Part shown: one piece after another, positions 60,792 through 64,000 of the stretch
Layout: each line of letters begins with the position of its first letter
Position numbering within the stretch: the stretch's first letter is position 1
From: Sphyrna mokarran
Lineage: Eukaryota
DNA: 64,000 nucleotides
Direction: 5' to 3'
Assembly (NCBI GenBank): GCA_024679065.1
Contig: JAGIQG010000009.1
Span: forward strand, 92,008,001 to 92,072,000
Notes under the pieces: generated by a model
Seen by the model: the letters and a program-made list of their open reading frames with translations, nothing else
Told to the model about the DNA's origin: nothing
Databases searched by the model: none
Program-made: the position numbers and the translations under genes

Positions 60792-61162
60792 TTACGTGGA
60801 GCTGGTGTACGTGGTCACAATCTTTGTTCGCTCCGACGCGGTGTGCTTGGCCAGTTCCCCGGGCATCAGCAGGCGTACGGCGGTCTGTATTTCTCGGGAG
60901 CTGATGGTGCTGTGCTTGTTGTAATGGGCCAGGCAGGAAGCCTCATCCATGAAGCGCTCGAAGATGTCGTTGATGAAAGAGTTCATGATGCTTGTGGTCT
61001 CGGAGGAGATGCATCTGCAGAAGATTTACATCTTCTGTAGATGTACAGAATGTAACTCTCCTTCCTGGTCTTCCTCTTCTTCTTGAGGCTCTTCGTTACG
61101 GCTTCTTCTGAGCCTTTTTGTCTCCCTTCTTAGAAGCTTGGAGTTTTTTTTTCCCCAGGCAT
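60792..61162 (-). pseudogene. H2B: histone H2B pseudogene
   Basis: ATG CCT at 61162. Reading across frames gives KKRKTRKESY..YIY and [54 protein letters not shown]. There are frameshifts, an early TAA, loss of KVLKQVHPDTG, and substitutions at invariant residues. Confidence 0.93.
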
Positions 61163-62414
61163 GGTGTATGCAGATTATAGACAGAGTTTGTGTAGCAGGG
61201 AAATCCTGACAATGATTGGGATGTGGTTGCCCTCTAGAGGCTGCTTTACCACCACCACTCGGTGCCCCTTTACCCAGTTGTACTCATATGGGATTTACAG
61301 CAATAGTTCAATAAAAATGAAACGTTGGCATTTTCTCAAACACCAAACCCTTGGAGTGCATGCAGAGGGAATGTACCAGACTGGCCATAGGGATGAGCGA
61401 CTCTAATTAGATGGAATATTTCTCTCAAGAGCAGAAATTGTAAAGAGGGAGATTTCATCGGGGAGTTGATAGAGCCAGTTGTTTCCACTGAGGGGTGTGG
61501 AGGGGAGGGAGGCTCAGCACCCACAGGACAGATTGGAGAGGTTTGGCAAATGAAATTTCAGTGAAGGAGATACAAACGCTCTCCCAAGTCATCCAGTTAC
61601 TATGCTCTGGAAAGGACTGGGTTGAATCTTCCGGGCCTGCCGATGGCTATCCCCACTGCTCAGCTACGCAGGGTTCCCTGGTGGTGCTGGGGGAAGTTGG
61701 GAGGAGGGAAGTGGCGAAGGACTGGGGAAAACGCCATTGACATCGACAGAACTGGAATAGCCCCCATCAATGACCCAACCTCCCATTCTTATGGAAAAAA
61801 CGCTGTGGGGGTGGAGAGGGTAGAAGATCCCACCCACTACATAGCCTGCACATTTTTGGACTGTGGGAGGAAACTGGAGCCCTCATAGAAAATTCACGCA
61901 GACATGGAAGGAATGAACCATTCCACACAGATAGTGACCCAAGGCTGGAGTTGAACCTGGGTCCCTAGTGCTGTGAGTACTAACCACTGTGCCACATTCA
62001 ATTATAACTTTTAAAAAGGGATACATGGAAGGGAAACATTGACAGAGGTTAAGGTGTGATGGACAGCTTGGGTAGCTCTTGCAAAGCACCAGCACAAGTG
62101 AGATGGGTTGAATGGCCATATTATGGGCTGTATCATTCCAAGATAATTATGTTCTGTTTGAATGTGTGTTAAGTAATAAACAGTGCAAAGGGAAGATTTA
62201 TCCCCCCCGCTCCCCCACACACCCTTATACCAGTTTTAAGTCATGATTAGGAAAATGACCGAATGTTTCAAGCCAGCATGTATTCTTATTTTTTTTTAAA
62301 AAAGATTTCTTTCATGTTTACAAATAACATTGAAGAAATTGATGCAGCAATCTTTGATTTTTTTAATTTGATTTATTATTGTTACATGTATTGGTATTCA
62401 GTGAAAAGTATGAG

Positions 62415-63354
62415 GGGCAATTCTCCAGACCACTCCGCTGCTCTAATTGTTCAATGAACTGGGAGACATAAACGGAAACAGTTTAATGGGATCTCTGTTG
62501 AGTGCCATGGTCTCTAAGTGTCTCTGGCCTCCGGAATTACTAGGCTTGGAACTGAAGTCTCCGCATTCCCCGTCCCTCATCAGTGGAGTTTACAACAGTT
62601 CCCCACTAATAGGGAACCGGTAGCCCGACCCTGCTGGAGCGAAGAGAGGCCATTGGAGGCCTCCCGGAAGCTTGGGGTAAGGAGGAGCCCCCCACCTAGA
62701 CATTGCCACACTGGCTCATGGTACTGCTCAAGGGGCAAAGCGCCAATGGATGAGGCCTATGTAGAAAGATCAGTGGTGTGGGGGAACCCGCTGCCACTCT
62801 GCAGTCAGGATCAGTGATAGAGGGAGGGAAGAGCTGAATGGGGCTAGCCTTACGGCTGTGGGGGGGAATGGTTTGGCCTGCTGGGAGGGTTTGGGACACT
62901 GGGATGTGGGGACGGTGTCAGGTCTATGGGAGGAAGGTGGAATTGGGAGATTGGCACTCCCAGGGGCATGGGGTGGGGGTGGGGGGGGGGAGTGGGAGAA
63001 GTGGGCATGGCGGGGAGTGGTCAGGGCTGGCCTGGGACCTTCTAGGAAGTCATTGAAAAGAGAGGGTCAGAGGGACAGCATTGCAGGCCGGGATGCTTAT
63101 ACTTCTCATACTGTTCATATCTTCCATCTGACAGTGTCGATGCATGCATGATGGCCCACTCAACACTAAGTTGCCAGCTTCTCCAGCAGGAATAGGCCCT
63201 GCCCATTGGTTCTTGGTATGATTCATGCTAGGGCACTCTGCAGTGCTCAGGGTGTGCAAGATTCATTTTGAAAAATCTACTAAAATACCAGCAGGATTTA
63301 CTCCAGTTTTTATGCAAATTCGGCACTCAGAATTTTTTTGAGAGAATCATGCCC
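62415..63354. mobile_element. non-autonomous DNA transposon (MITE-like)
   Basis: Imperfect terminal inverted repeats GGGCAATTCTCC / GAGAGAATCATGCCC around a GC-rich non-coding interior. Related GGGC..ATTTT-ended elements lie at about 12153, 24609 and 57960. Confidence 0.5.
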
Positions 63355-63359
63355 ATTGT

Positions 63360-63930
63360 TTTCGCACACTATAGTTACAAAGCATACTGTTCATAGAGTA
63401 TATAGGGCAGAATTCAAGGAGACAGTGCAGAATATAGTATTACAGTTACAGAAAGGAGCAGAGGAAGATCAGCTTAATTGATGGTAGATCCATTCAAAAG
63501 TTTGATGGCAGCAGGGAAGAAGCTGTTCTTGATATCAGACTATTGAATCTTTTTCCCGACAGAAGAACTTGGAAGACAATTGTCCAAGGTGCATGGGACC
63601 CTTGATGATGTTGGCTGCTTACTGAGACAGCTGGAAGTGAAGACAGAGTAAATGCATTGGAGACTGGTTTGTGTGATGGATTGGGTTACATTTACGATCC
63701 TTCGAAGTTCTTTGTGGTCTTGGTCAGAGCATGAGTCATACCAAGCTGTAACACATTCAGAAAGGATGCTTTCTATGGTGCATCTGCAGAAATTGGTCAG
63801 AGTCATAGCGCACATGCCAAATTTCCTCAGACTTCTGAGAAATTAGAGGTGTTGGCTAGTTTCTTAACTATAGCAATGGTATGGAGGGACCTGAACAGGT
63901 TGTCAATGATCTGCACCCTGGTGAACTTGA
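63360..63930 (-). mobile_element. Rex1/Babar 3' fragment
   Basis: ORF 63540-63815 reads TLTNFCRCTIESILSECVTAWY, the same family as 54068-54418. Confidence 0.85.
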
Positions 63931-64000
63931 CACCTCTTTACTCCCATTAATGTAATACTAACAAGTAATGGAAATACCTTCCTTTGTTACAGATCCCATG

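Noticed and set aside
60792-60986. 64-aa ORF as a novel short H2B variant
   Set aside because: It is the 3' half of a frameshifted H2B with substitutions at invariant positions. No intact histone 3' stem-loop is present.

Overview
Eukaryotic, repeat-dense genomic DNA. The SINE/LINE content, a 69-bp satellite and the gene sequences point to a cartilaginous fish (shark); this is an inference, not a database result. The window reads as an MHC class I-type region. (1) A multi-exon RING/B-box/coiled-coil TRIM gene lies on the minus strand (exons 8077-8493, 4470-4565, 4156-4389, 2188-2210, 1947-2095), open across all five visible exons; its PRY-SPRY exon probably starts at the left edge. (2) A decayed tandem TRIM paralogue has exons at 27.7-27.9 kb and a disrupted PRY-SPRY exon at 17.2-17.7 kb. 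(3) A non-classical MHC class I heavy-chain gene lies on the plus strand (alpha1 51839-52099, alpha2 55534-55809, alpha3 56669-56941, TM/cytoplasmic 58665-58828). It has lost most peptide-anchoring residues and has a strongly hydrophobic predicted groove; no intact leader exon was found. (4) An initiator tRNA-Met pseudogene and a histone H2B pseudogene flank the class I gene. Most of the remainder is mobile DNA: many CR1 LINEs, a Tx1-type L1, Rex1/Babar LINEs, tRNA-SINEs, a Deu-domain SINE, a copia (GalEa-like) relic, U2-snRNA-headed repeats, and a Penelope element with a target-site duplication, nested inverted repeats and two intact-looking minimal hammerhead ribozymes. Exon boundaries were read from splice sites; repeat boundaries are approximate.
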